Below the pieces are notes generated by a model that saw only the letters and a program-made list of their open reading frames with translations, did no database searches and had not been told where the DNA came from. 46,447 nucleotides of DNA from Roseiarcus sp. (GTDB lineage Bacteria; Pseudomonadota; Alphaproteobacteria; Rhizobiales; Beijerinckiaceae), in the NCBI GenBank assembly GCA_035500275.1, contig DATJXI010000045.1, positions 1 to 46,447 of the forward strand. The letters are read 5' to 3'. Below, in pieces: positions 1 through 8,750 of the stretch (the stretch's first letter is position 1; each line of letters opens with the position of its first letter). Position numbers and translations under genes: made by a program.

Positions 1-2
1 TG

Positions 3-1136
3 ACCGGCGTCGTCGAGCATATGCATGCTTCCGTCCTCGATACGCCGGGGCTCGCCCCGCTCGCGCAGGGGCTGACAGGCGGCGTCACGCGGCTTGTCTA
101 TCGCGGCGTCCGCGACTCGATCCGGTTGACCGCGAAGGGGATCGGCGGCGCGGCGGCGCTTTTCGACGCCAAGGCGGACGACCGGCCGGTCTCGCGCGGG
201 CGGGAGGCGGCGATCGCGGCGCTGAACGGCGTCGTGGGCGACCATCTCGCCGAAACCGGCAATCCGCTGGCGCTCAAAATGCGGTTTCGCCGCTACGGAC
301 GGCCGCTCACGCTCGAAAGAGGGGCGCTCGCCGCGGCGTTCCCCGACGCGACGAGCAAGCTCGCCGTGCTCGCGCACGGGCTCTGCATGAGCGACCTGCA
401 ATGGATGCGGCAGAACCACGACCATGGCGCGGCGCTGGCGCACGAACTCGGCTTTACGGCGGTCTATCTCTCCTACAATTCCGGCTTGCACATCTCGGTC
501 AACGGCCGCGCCTTCGCCGAGGCGCTGGAGGCGCTCGTCGCCGCATGGCCGGTGAACATCGAGAATTTCGTCATCGTCGGCCACAGCATGGGCGGTCTCG
601 TCGCGCGCTCCGCGTGCATTTATGGCGAAGCGGCGGGCCATGCCTGGCGGCAAAAGCTGAACAAGCTTGTCTTTCTCGGGACGCCGCACTACGGCGCGCC
701 GCTTGAGCGCATCGGCAATTGGGTCGACGTCGTCGTCGGCAGGACTCCCTACGCCGCCGCCTTCGCGCGGCTCGGAAAAATGCGCAGCGCCGGCGTCACC
801 GACCTACGCTACGGCGCGCTTCTGGACGAGGATTGGCAGGGCCGCGACCGCTTCGCCCGCGAACCCGACCCGCGCTGCCCCGCTCCCCTGCCTCAAGGCG
901 TCGCCTGCTACGCCATCGCCGCCACCACCGCCGCCTCTCCCGGCGACGTCAAGGACCGCCTCCTCGGCGACGGCCTCGTCCCCGTCATGAGCGCCCTCGG
1001 CCGCCACAAGGATTCCGCGCGGACGCTCAAATTTTCCGAGGGCCGGCAATGGATCGCTCGCGAGACGGGGCACCTCGACCTGCTCAGCCGCCGCGATGTC
1101 TATGAGCGGATCGCGGCGTGGCTGGGGAAGCCGTAG
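3..1136 (+). CDS. Alpha/beta hydrolase (PGAP1-like/lipase), probably 5'-truncated by the window edge
   Basis: GHSMGG nucleophile elbow, LAHGL oxyanion region, LGTPHYGAPL, GDGLVP and C-terminal GHLDLL. The frame is open upstream of ATG 21 to the window edge (TGVVEHMH), so the true start is probably outside the window. Confidence 0.85.
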   Translation, partial: TGVVEHMHASVLDTPGLAPLAQGLTGGVTRLVYRGVRDSIRLTAKGIGGAAALFDAKADDRPVSRGREAAIAALNGVVGDHLAETGNPLALKMRFRRYGRPLTLERGALAAAFPDATSKLAVLAHGLCMSDLQWMRQNHDHGAALAHELGFTAVYLSYNSGLHISVNGRAFAEALEALVAAWPVNIENFVIVGHSMGGLVARSACIYGEAAGHAWRQKLNKLVFLGTPHYGAPLERIGNWVDVVVGRTPYAAAFARLGKMRSAGVTDLRYGALLDEDWQGRDRFAREPDPRCPAPLPQGVACYAIAATTAASPGDVKDRLLGDGLVPVMSALGRHKDSARTLKFSEGRQWIARETGHLDLLSRRDVYERIAAWLGKP

Positions 1137-1287
1137 GGGCGCAGGCGTCCGAGGCGATGACGAGACCCGGCTTGCCGACTCAGCCAATCGATGTCGGTGT
1201 CCGCCCGCCAGTTGCGCCGGCGCGCCTCACTTCCGCTTGGTCCGGCCTCTACATTGAAGCCCATGCCGGAGCAAGGATGGCAGGGTT

Positions 1288-1491
1288 ATGAACAAAAACA
1301 CGAGGAAACAGCTACAAGATGCTATGATACATGATGAAAGTCAGCTCGACGAGGCGATCGAGGAATCGTTCCCGGCCAGCGACCCTCCCGCCAGCACCCC
1401 GACCTCCGCCGGCGCGCCGGACGAACGGACCGCCGCTGAACCGGAGCGGAGCGAGGACGAGCGTGAGGAGGAGGGCAAGGCCAGCAAGTAG
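1288..1491 (+). CDS. Small acidic hypothetical protein (LDEAIEESFPASDPP motif)
   Basis: 67-aa ORF containing the 'DEA.EESFPASDPP' motif that recurs in small bacterial proteins of unknown function. Confidence 0.7.
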   Translation: MNKNTRKQLQDAMIHDESQLDEAIEESFPASDPPASTPTSAGAPDERTAAEPERSEDEREEEGKASK

Positions 1492-1621
1492 CCGGCGCTC
1501 AACCCCCGCCGCCAAACAACCGGATTCGCGGGCCGACGTTAAACCGGGTCGTAAGCTGCTGATTCGAAAGAATCCGTGACGGCAAGAGCCGGCGCGGAAG
1601 GGTGCGGCTCGCCGAATAGGG

Positions 1622-1918
1622 TCAGGAGGTCGGGCGGACGATGAACGCGCCCGGCTTGGCGGCCTCCGGCTCGCCTGGCTCGACGAGCTCGAGACGGATC
1701 ACTTCTGCGCCCCTCGGCCCACGGCGCATTTCGGCCAGCATCGCCTCGACGTCGGCCGGGGCGCCTGAAACGAGCGCCTCGACGGTTCCGTCCGGACGGT
1801 TACGGACCCAGCCGGAGAGCCCAAGCCTTATGGCCGCGCGACGGGTGAAATCGCGGTAGCCGACGCCCTGGACGAAGCCTTCGACCACCACCCGGCGGGT
1901 CAGTGTCTCCTCGGCCAT
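1622..1918 (-). CDS. acyP: Acylphosphatase
   Basis: V.G.VQGVGYR and GWVRN.PDGTVE signatures. Start re-assigned to ATG 1918 (MAEETL), preceded by GAGGGAG. Confidence 0.93.
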   Translation of the reverse strand: MAEETLTRRVVVEGFVQGVGYRDFTRRAAIRLGLSGWVRNRPDGTVEALVSGAPADVEAMLAEMRRGPRGAEVIRLELVEPGEPEAAKPGAFIVRPTS

Positions 1919-2122
1919 GCCGTCTCCCTCTCGACTGCTGAGGCCATAACCCGCAATCAACGGTCCGAGAAGCCGTTCGGCCGGGCAAAACGGGCCGGAC
2001 GCAAGGGCGCCGGACGCCATGTTGAACAAGCGCCCACGGCAAAGACTTCCCAATTACCAAAAATAATGCTATCATTCAGATTTACCGAACAAGCGGCCCG
2101 CGGTCGGCAAGGAACAAGCGAA

Positions 2123-2656
2123 ATGGACATGCACGACCCGACGCCCACACGGCCTCGCCTCACCGTCTTCGGGCGGCAAACCCGGCGGGAGCGCATTTTC
2201 GAGCGCTTGCGGGAGGGGTGGGCTTACGAGACGATCGCGGCGGTCGAGCGCCTGTCGGAGCGGCAGGTGCGCCGGATCGTCGGAAAGCGCCTCAGAAAGC
2301 GCGAGATCGACGAGAAGACCGACCACGCGCTCCTGCAGCTCACCCGCCTTGCTCCCGCCATGCAGCTCGCCGCCGAGGCGGTGGCGAAGGGCGACCTCAA
2401 GGCGGTCGCGCCGCTCCTCAAGATCCTCGACTGCTACGACCGCTACCAGCCGGCGGCGCGCGCGGCCCAGGTCTACGACGCGAACATGCGCGAGAAGCTG
2501 CTCGCCAAGATCAACCGCATGGCCGCGGCTCTTCAGGAGGAGGAGGACAGGAAGAGCGAGGCCGCGCGGCTTAAGGAGGCGTGGGCGGAGAGCTCGCCGG
2601 CCGGGGACGGGCCGGCGGCTGGCGTATCGGATTTTTTCCGGCCGATTTCGCCGTAA
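2123..2656 (+). CDS. Helix-turn-helix protein of unknown function
   Basis: RRERIFERLREGWAYETIAAVERLSERQVRRIV looks like an HTH; followed by helical ...AVAKGDLKAVAPLLKILD. ATG 2123 follows AAGGAA. Confidence 0.7.
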   Translation: MDMHDPTPTRPRLTVFGRQTRRERIFERLREGWAYETIAAVERLSERQVRRIVGKRLRKREIDEKTDHALLQLTRLAPAMQLAAEAVAKGDLKAVAPLLKILDCYDRYQPAARAAQVYDANMREKLLAKINRMAAALQEEEDRKSEAARLKEAWAESSPAGDGPAAGVSDFFRPISP

Positions 2657-2689
2657 GGCTTTGAAAAGGCTCGATTCGGAAGCCGATTT

Positions 2690-2782
2690 TGTACATTTTC
2701 TGACATTTATTGACGTTTTTTGACATCTATCGACATATGATTGACATTTATTGTACATTTTTCGACGTTTTTCGACGTCCAT
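2690..2782 (+). repeat. Array of nine degenerate 10-11-bp direct repeats, consensus YGACRTTTWT
   Basis: Units start at 2690, 2701, 2711, 2721, 2731, 2742, 2752, 2763, 2773: TGTACATTTTC, TGACATTTAT, TGACGTTTTT, TGACATCTAT, CGACATATGAT, TGACATTTAT, TGTACATTTTT, CGACGTTTTT, CGACGTCCAT. An AT-rich island in very GC-rich DNA. Confidence 0.9.
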
Positions 2783-2862
2783 TAGTATTGCACAGCTGCT
2801 TTTAGTCAATTCGCTCGCGTTCTTGACGCCCTTCCGGCTTCCTGCGTCGCCCGCACGGGCCA

Positions 2863-2892
2863 TTGCCCCCGGCGCCGCCTTTCGTCTATAGG
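2863..2892 (+). promoter_or_regulatory. Candidate sigma70 promoter of thrS
   Basis: TTGCCC-N17-CTATAG, resembling the alphaproteobacterial TTG...CTATA pattern, ~55 nt before the thrS start. Confidence 0.35.
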
Positions 2893-2907
2893 CTTCGCGC
2901 GAGCACC

Positions 2908-2937
2908 GCTTACGCCGGCCGGTTTCGGCGAGTGAGC
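2908..2937 (+). promoter_or_regulatory. thrS leader hairpin, candidate translational operator
   Basis: GCTTAC-GCCG(gccggttt)CGGC-ga-GTGAGC stem-loop whose loop contains GGU; it ends 2 nt before the SD GAGGAG (2940-2945). Confidence 0.55.
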
Positions 2938-2947
2938 ATGAGGAGCC

Positions 2948-4912
2948 ATGATCAACGTCACCTTCCCCGACGGCGCCGCGCGCGCCTTCGAGCCGGGGAT
3001 CACCGGCCTCGACATCGCCAAGTCCATTTCGCCCTCACTCGCCAAGCGCAGCGTCGCGGCGGTGCGGGACGGGCGGCTCGTCGACCTCGTCGACCCGATC
3101 GACGAGGACGCCGCCCTCGAATTCATCTCGCGCGACGACCCGCGGGCGCTTCCGCTCATCCGCCACGACGCGGCGCATGTGCTCGCCGAAGCGGTTCAGT
3201 CGCTTTGGCCGGGCGCGCAGGTCACCATCGGCCCGGTGATCGAGAACGGCTTCTACTACGACTTCTTCCGCAACGAGCCGTTCACGCCCGAGGACTTCCC
3301 GGCCATCGAGAAGCGGATGCGCGAGATCATCGCGCGCGACAAGCCGTTCACCAAAACCGTCCTGTCGCGCGACGAGGCGAAGAGCTTCTTTGAGAAGAAG
3401 GGCGAGGCGTTCAAGGTCGAGCTCATCGACGCCATCCCGGCGCAGGAGGAGGTCAAGCTCTACAGCCAGGGAGAGTGGACCGACCTCTGCCGCGGGCCGC
3501 ACATGACCTCGACCGGCAAGGTCGGCGAGGCCTTCAAGCTCATGAAGGTCGCGGGCGCCTACTGGCGGGGCGATTCGAACAGACCCATGCTGTCGCGCAT
3601 CTACGCGACCGCCTTCGCCAGACGTGAAGAGCTCGACGCCTATCTCAAGCAGCTCGAGGAAGCCGAGCGCCGCGACCATCGGCGCCTGGCGCGCGAGATG
3701 GACCTCTTCCACGTCCAGGAGGAGGGGCCGGGCTCGATCTTCTGGCATCCCAATGGCTGGACGATCTTCCAGGCGCTGGTCGCCTACATGCGTCGGCGGC
3801 TGTCCGGGGATTACGACGAGGTCAACGCCCCGCAGGTCCTGGACAAGCATCTGTGGGAGATTTCCGGCCACTGGGAGTGGTACCGGGAGAGCATGTTCAT
3901 GTGCCGGCCTGCCGGCGACGACGCGGAGGCCGAGGACGAGCGCGTCTATGCGCTCAAACCGATGAACTGCCCCGGCCACGTCCAGATCTTCAAGCATGGC
4001 CTGCGCAGCTACCGCGAACTGCCGGTGCGGCTCGCCGAGTTCGGCGCGGTCAACCGCTATGAACCGTCGGGCGCGCTGCACGGGCTCATGCGCGTGCGCG
4101 CTTTCACCCAGGACGACGCGCATATCTTCTGCACCGAGGCGCAGCTTGCCGAGGAATGCCATAAGATCAATGAGCTGATCCTGTCCGTCTACGGCCATTT
4201 CGGCTTCGACAAGATCACGGTGAAGCTCTCGACCCGACCCGACAAACGCGTCGGGACCGACGCGATGTGGGACCACGCGGAAGCCGTGATGAGCCGCGTC
4301 CTCGACGAGATCAAGGCCCGGCACGGCAATGTCGTCACGACCAGCCTGAACCCGGGCGAGGGCGCGTTCTACGGGCCAAAGTTCGAATATGTGCTGCGCG
4401 ACGCCATCGGCCGCGACTGGCAGTGCGGCACGACGCAGGTGGACTTCAACCTGCCCGAGCGCTTCGGCGCCTTCTACATCGCCGCCAGCAGCGAGAAGAC
4501 CACCCCGGTCATGATCCACCGTGCGATCTGCGGCTCGATGGAGCGGTTCATCGGCATCCTGCTCGAGCATTACGCGGGCCATCTGCCGCTGTGGCTCGCG
4601 CCCGTCCAGCTCGTTGTCTGCACCATCACCAGCGACGCCGACGCCTTCGCAGTCGACTTCGCGGCCAAGGCGAAGCGGCGGGGGCTCAGGGTCGAATCCG
4701 ACCTCAGGAACGAGAAGATCAACTACAAGGTGCGCGAGCACTCGCTGGCGAAGGTCCCGATTCTGATAGCGGTCGGCCGCAAGGAGGCGGCCGAGAACAC
4801 GGTCTCGGTGCGCCGCCTCGGCTCCAACGCGCAAACCGCGATGGGCGCGGACGGGGCGATCGCGAGCTTCGTCGACGAGGCGATCCCGCCGGACTTGCGC
4901 GAGGCGGGGTAG
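2948..4912 (+). CDS. thrS: Threonyl-tRNA synthetase
   Basis: TGS domain, RHDAAH and DLCRGPH editing motifs, [38 protein letters not shown]. Confidence 0.99.
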   Translation: MINVTFPDGAARAFEPGITGLDIAKSISPSLAKRSVAAVRDGRLVDLVDPIDEDAALEFISRDDPRALPLIRHDAAHVLAEAVQSLWPGAQVTIGPVIENGFYYDFFRNEPFTPEDFPAIEKRMREIIARDKPFTKTVLSRDEAKSFFEKKGEAFKVELIDAIPAQEEVKLYSQGEWTDLCRGPHMTSTGKVGEAFKLMKVAGAYWRGDSNRPMLSRIYATAFARREELDAYLKQLEEAERRDHRRLAREMDLFHVQEEGPGSIFWHPNGWTIFQALVAYMRRRLSGDYDEVNAPQVLDKHLWEISGHWEWYRESMFMCRPAGDDAEAEDERVYALKPMNCPGHVQIFKHGLRSYRELPVRLAEFGAVNRYEPSGALHGLMRVRAFTQDDAHIFCTEAQLAEECHKINELILSVYGHFGFDKITVKLSTRPDKRVGTDAMWDHAEAVMSRVLDEIKARHGNVVTTSLNPGEGAFYGPKFEYVLRDAIGRDWQCGTTQVDFNLPERFGAFYIAASSEKTTPVMIHRAICGSMERFIGILLEHYAGHLPLWLAPVQLVVCTITSDADAFAVDFAAKAKRRGLRVESDLRNEKINYKVREHSLAKVPILIAVGRKEAAENTVSVRRLGSNAQTAMGADGAIASFVDEAIPPDLREAG

Positions 4913-5008
4913 CCCGCCTGAGGGCGAGGAACTTGCCCTCTTCTTGCCCGGCTGCCTTTGTAGGTTAGATCCGCTCTTCAGGGGCGGGGCGGACAGCAGG
5001 GGTGGATC

Positions 5009-5395
5009 ATGTTGCGGAAGAGGATTCTCATTGTCTCACTCGCGGCGGGGCTCGCCGCCTCATTGGCGGGCTGCTCGCCGTACGGTTACGGCTATGGCTA
5101 TGGCGTCACCGCGCCCGTCTATGGCGACGATTGGTACGGCGGCTATTGGCCGACTTACGGCGGCGTCTATTACGGCGGCGGCTACCGCTACCCCGGGTAT
5201 TACCGGCGAGGCACCTACTATCCCTATCGCCACGGCGTCTACGCCCGCGGCGGTTACTATCGCGGCGGCTACCACCACGGCGGCTACTACCACCGCGGCT
5301 GGCATGGCTACCGGGGCGGCGTTCACGGCGGCGGCGTGTACCGCGGCGCAGGCTATCGGGCGGGCGGCGCTCACGGCGGCTACCGGCGGCCTTAA
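5009..5395 (+). CDS. Gly/Tyr/Arg/His-rich low-complexity lipoprotein
   Basis: Signal peptide MLRKRILIVSLAAGLAASLAG|C with an LAGC lipobox; mature part is GY/GGYY/RGG repeats. Confidence 0.75.
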   Translation: MLRKRILIVSLAAGLAASLAGCSPYGYGYGYGVTAPVYGDDWYGGYWPTYGGVYYGGGYRYPGYYRRGTYYPYRHGVYARGGYYRGGYHHGGYYHRGWHGYRGGVHGGGVYRGAGYRAGGAHGGYRRP

Positions 5396-6114
5396 GCCTC
5401 CGGCGGCGCGTCGTCCCGCGCCGGCACGTAAAGCCCCGAGTTCGGCTCGATCCAGGCCATGTGGTCGCGCACCGCGACCACGCCGGGGGTGTTTTCCGCC
5501 ACGACCTTGAGGCCGTCGCGCAGGCGCTCGTCGGTGATCGACCCGCCGAAGGTGACGACGCCGTTTATGACGGCGACGTTGACGCTGGCGCGCGGCGCCC
5601 ACCCAAGCTTGTCGAGTTCGGCCTGGATGGCCGCCTTGATTTCCGCATCCGGATGCGCGCGGTCCGCTTTGGGCAGGGCGGCGAGCAGGCCTTTCAGCAG
5701 ATCCGAGCGCGACACGACCCCCACGACTGCATCCCCGCGCAGCACCGGCAGGCGCTTGACGTTGCGCTTCATCATCAGGTCCACCGCCTCGCTTAAGTCC
5801 GCGTCCTCGGCGATCATCGCAACCTTCCGCGTCATGATCTCGCCGACTTTGCGGCCGTGCGCGTGCGCGTAGGACTGGGCCAGCCGGCCTCCGCTCAAGA
5901 GATATTCGAGCCAATGCGGCCGCTCTTTCTCCGTCCCGAGTTCGCTGCGGCGCAGAAGGTCGCCCTCGCTCAGGACGCCGACGAGGGCGCGCTCCGCGTC
6001 CAACACAAAGACGGCGCTGACATGCGCGCGCAGCATCGTCTCGATCGCTTCCGCGAGGCTCGCGGTTTCGGGCACGCCGATCGCGCCGTAGGTCATAACG
6101 TCTCGAACGCGCAT
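5392..6114 (-). CDS. CBS-pair plus BON domain protein
   Basis: MRVRDVMT, GVLSEGDLL, KVGEIMT, VKRLPV, GVVSRSDLL, and C-terminal BON (V.V.NGVVTF.G...AENTPGV.AV.D). Confidence 0.92.
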   Translation of the reverse strand: MRVRDVMTYGAIGVPETASLAEAIETMLRAHVSAVFVLDAERALVGVLSEGDLLRRSELGTEKERPHWLEYLLSGGRLAQSYAHAHGRKVGEIMTRKVAMIAEDADLSEAVDLMMKRNVKRLPVLRGDAVVGVVSRSDLLKGLLAALPKADRAHPDAEIKAAIQAELDKLGWAPRASVNVAVINGVVTFGGSITDERLRDGLKVVAENTPGVVAVRDHMAWIEPNSGLYVPARDDAPPEA

Positions 6115-6225
6115 CGATGGCCTCGTTTCGCCCTTGCCGCCGCCGAACTTTGTGCGTCATCTAGCAGCTTAGCCGCGTGAGCCTACGGCGCCCATGCGCC
6201 GTTAGGTCGCCATTAAGGAGAAGAC

Positions 6226-7230
6226 ATGAGCAACCCCGTCGTCGCTGAGGCGCTGCGGGGCGGACGGATCGAGTCCTTTCACAGCGGTGCGGGCGCGGTC
6301 GTGGACTCCGCCGGCCGCGTCGTGTTCGCCTTCGGCGATGTCGAGCGTCCGATCTACCCGCGCTCTGCGGTCAAGGCGCTGCAAGCGCTGCCGCTCGTAG
6401 AGAGCGGGGCCGCCGACCGCCTGCGGCTCAGCGGAGCGGAAATCGCGCTCGCATGCGCCTCGCATTCGGGCGAGGAGAAGCATGTCGCGACGGCGAGCGC
6501 GATGCTGAAAAAAGCAGGCCGCGACGAAAGCGCGCTCGAGTGCGGTGTCCACTGGCCGGCAAGCGATGCGGCCGCACGCGCCCTTGCCAGGAACGGAGCT
6601 AGCCCAAGCCAGCTGCATAACAATTGCTCCGGCAAGCACGCTGGCTTCATCTGCCTGGCCTGCGCGCAAGGCATCGATTCGATGCGCTACATTGCCCCTA
6701 ACCATCCCGTCCAACGAGAAGTAGCGGCGGCGTTGGCCGATATGACGGGCGCGAAGGTTGGCGAAGAGAATCGCGGCGTGGACGGCTGCTCAATCCCGAC
6801 ATACGCGATTCCGCTGCGGGCGCTCGCGCATGGGTTTGCGCGCTTTGGGACAGGGGAAGGCCTGTCAGAGTCTCGTGCGCTGGCCGCGGCGCGGATTCGC
6901 AAAACCGTCGCGGCGCATCCCGACATGGTCGGCGGGGCGGGCAGGTTCGACACGGAGGTCATGACCATTCTCGGCTCACGCGCTTTCGTCAAATCCGGGG
7001 CGGAAGGAGTCCTCTGCGCGGCCTTGCCGGAAAAAGGCGTCGGGCTCGCGGTTAAGGCGGAGGACGGCGCCGGGCGCGCCGCCGGGGTCATGCTAGCCGC
7101 TCTGCTTCGCCGCTTCGGAGAATTCGACGCGAGCCAAGATGCGGAGCTCGATCCGTTCGTCGCGCCCACGCTCAGGAACTGGAACGGCTTCGAAGTCGGC
7201 GTCTTGCGGCCGGCCGGGCCGCTGGCGTAA
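6226..7230 (+). CDS. L-asparaginase II (Rhizobium etli AnsA type)
   Basis: RSAVK, ACASHSGE, HNNCSGKH, DGCSIP, KSGAEGV, EDG motifs. Confidence 0.93.
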   Translation: MSNPVVAEALRGGRIESFHSGAGAVVDSAGRVVFAFGDVERPIYPRSAVKALQALPLVESGAADRLRLSGAEIALACASHSGEEKHVATASAMLKKAGRDESALECGVHWPASDAAARALARNGASPSQLHNNCSGKHAGFICLACAQGIDSMRYIAPNHPVQREVAAALADMTGAKVGEENRGVDGCSIPTYAIPLRALAHGFARFGTGEGLSESRALAAARIRKTVAAHPDMVGGAGRFDTEVMTILGSRAFVKSGAEGVLCAALPEKGVGLAVKAEDGAGRAAGVMLAALLRRFGEFDASQDAELDPFVAPTLRNWNGFEVGVLRPAGPLA

Positions 7231-7263
7231 CGAGCCGTTTCAAACGGTCTTCGGGAGGAACGC

Positions 7264-8073
7264 TTGTTGCGAGTGGCCGCCTTCTCCTTACTTGCCCTTA
7301 TCTTCGCCGCCGACGCCGCTCTTGCCCACGATCCGTGTCCTGACATCTCGCGCAAAGTTGCGGCGCTGACAGAGGGCGATTCGTTCCAGGCGACAAGCCT
7401 GCTGTTTTCTTCTGCCCGGCTCGGCTGCGAAAAAGAGGCGAATGCGCTCCTTGAGCGCGGCGCCGCGATCGACGCGAAGGATCGCGAAGGTGAGACCGCG
7501 CTCATGCGGGCGGCGCAGGCGGGAAAGACGAAGCTCGTCACGCTGCTGATCGAGAAAGGCGCGAACGTCAACGCCCGCTCCGTCCAGGGCTCGACGCCGC
7601 TCTTCCTGGCGGCCGAGGCCGATCGACCGGAGGCCGTGCATGTCCTTCTCGATCACGGCGCCGACCCGAACACTCCCGGCCGCAGCGCCCTCACGCCGCT
7701 TTCCGCTGCAGCCTACAACGGCGCGACGGACACGGCGGAACTCTTCATACAGCACGGCGCCGACCCGAACGCCGTCGATGAAGACGGCAAGGGCGCGATG
7801 GTCTACGCGGCCGGCCGCGCCAACGCGCCGATCGTCGCGTTGCTCCTCAAGGCCGGGGTCGACGTCAACCGGCGCTACGGCCACGGCCTCACCGCGCTCA
7901 TGTGGGCCGCCGGCCACGATGCGAGCGCGGGCGTCCAGGACGTCGAGGCGACATTGCGGCTCCTGATCAGCCGCGGGGCCCGACGCGACCTCAAAGACGA
8001 TCGGGGCCTGACCGCGGCGGACATCGCCAAGGCGAGGAGCGGTGATCAATTCACCGCGATGCTGAAGGACTGA
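7264..8073 (+). CDS. Exported ankyrin-repeat protein
   Basis: Signal peptide, then repeats GETALMRAA, GSTPLFLAA, LTPLSAAA, GLTALMWAA. Confidence 0.9.
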   Translation: MLRVAAFSLLALIFAADAALAHDPCPDISRKVAALTEGDSFQATSLLFSSARLGCEKEANALLERGAAIDAKDREGETALMRAAQAGKTKLVTLLIEKGANVNARSVQGSTPLFLAAEADRPEAVHVLLDHGADPNTPGRSALTPLSAAAYNGATDTAELFIQHGADPNAVDEDGKGAMVYAAGRANAPIVALLLKAGVDVNRRYGHGLTALMWAAGHDASAGVQDVEATLRLLISRGARRDLKDDRGLTAADIAKARSGDQFTAMLKD

Positions 8074-8641
8074 CCTCGATGTCGAGGCCCGCGAGGTAAC
8101 TCGCGATCGCCTCGATGTGCTCGGGCGTCACGGTGTTGATGAGACCGGACATGCCTGGGTTATTGGCGCGCTTGCGGTCGCGGAAATCAAGCAAGGTCTT
8201 CAGAAGATAGTCATGCTCCTGCCCGGCGAGGCGCGGCACCGACGAGTCTCCCTGAAACTGGTCGAGATGGCATGAAGTGCAGACAACCGACTTGATGACT
8301 CCGACCGCAACGGCGGTGTCCTCCTTTGACGCTGAGGGCGCGTCCGTGCGCGGCCAGGGCTTCGCAGCGAAATACTCTGCGAGCTTGAGCGCATCGTCCT
8401 TGACGACGTTCTTCGCGACCGCCGACATGTGTTCGTCCTTGCGCGCGCCCTTCTGGAAGTCGCGAACTTGCAGATAGAGGTAGCCGGCGTTCTGGCCCCA
8501 GATAATCGGAACGGATTTGTCCTCAGGAATGCCCTTGAGGCCGTGACAGGCGCCGCAGGTTGCGGCCTTTTCCTCGATCGTTTCGGCAATGGCCGGGGTT
8601 GAGCAGGCGGCCAAGGCGACCGCGAGCGCAAAGCGATACAC
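8051..8641 (-). CDS. Dihaem cytochrome c4-type
   Basis: Two CxxCH motifs (CGACH, CTSCH), P.I.GQ and PRLAGQ motifs, signal peptide. Start re-assigned to GTG 8641 after AGGGG. Confidence 0.92.
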   Translation of the reverse strand: MYRFALAVALAACSTPAIAETIEEKAATCGACHGLKGIPEDKSVPIIWGQNAGYLYLQVRDFQKGARKDEHMSAVAKNVVKDDALKLAEYFAAKPWPRTDAPSASKEDTAVAVGVIKSVVCTSCHLDQFQGDSSVPRLAGQEHDYLLKTLLDFRDRKRANNPGMSGLINTVTPEHIEAIASYLAGLDIEVSPSASR

Positions 8642-8750
8642 CGTAGGTTCCCCTGAAGACTGCGTGTTGACACCCAAGGCGCTAAGGCGCAGGCGAGAAA
8701 AAGGCCGCTCCGGCCGTGCGCGGAGCAGCCTTATGCCTGACGCCAACGAA

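Noticed and set aside
2690-2782. Repeat array considered as a CRISPR array or as the thrS promoter
   Set aside because: Units are 10-11 bp and contiguous with no spacers, and there are no cas genes. The TTGACA hexamers lack a -10 at 16-18 bp.
3035-4834. 599-aa antisense ORF over thrS (likewise 8589-10382, 20267-22126, 21943-23727, 30677-32329, 33939-35558, 42710-44392)
   Set aside because: Typical stop-poor shadow frames of high-GC genes; no motifs, and each lies opposite a confidently identified gene.
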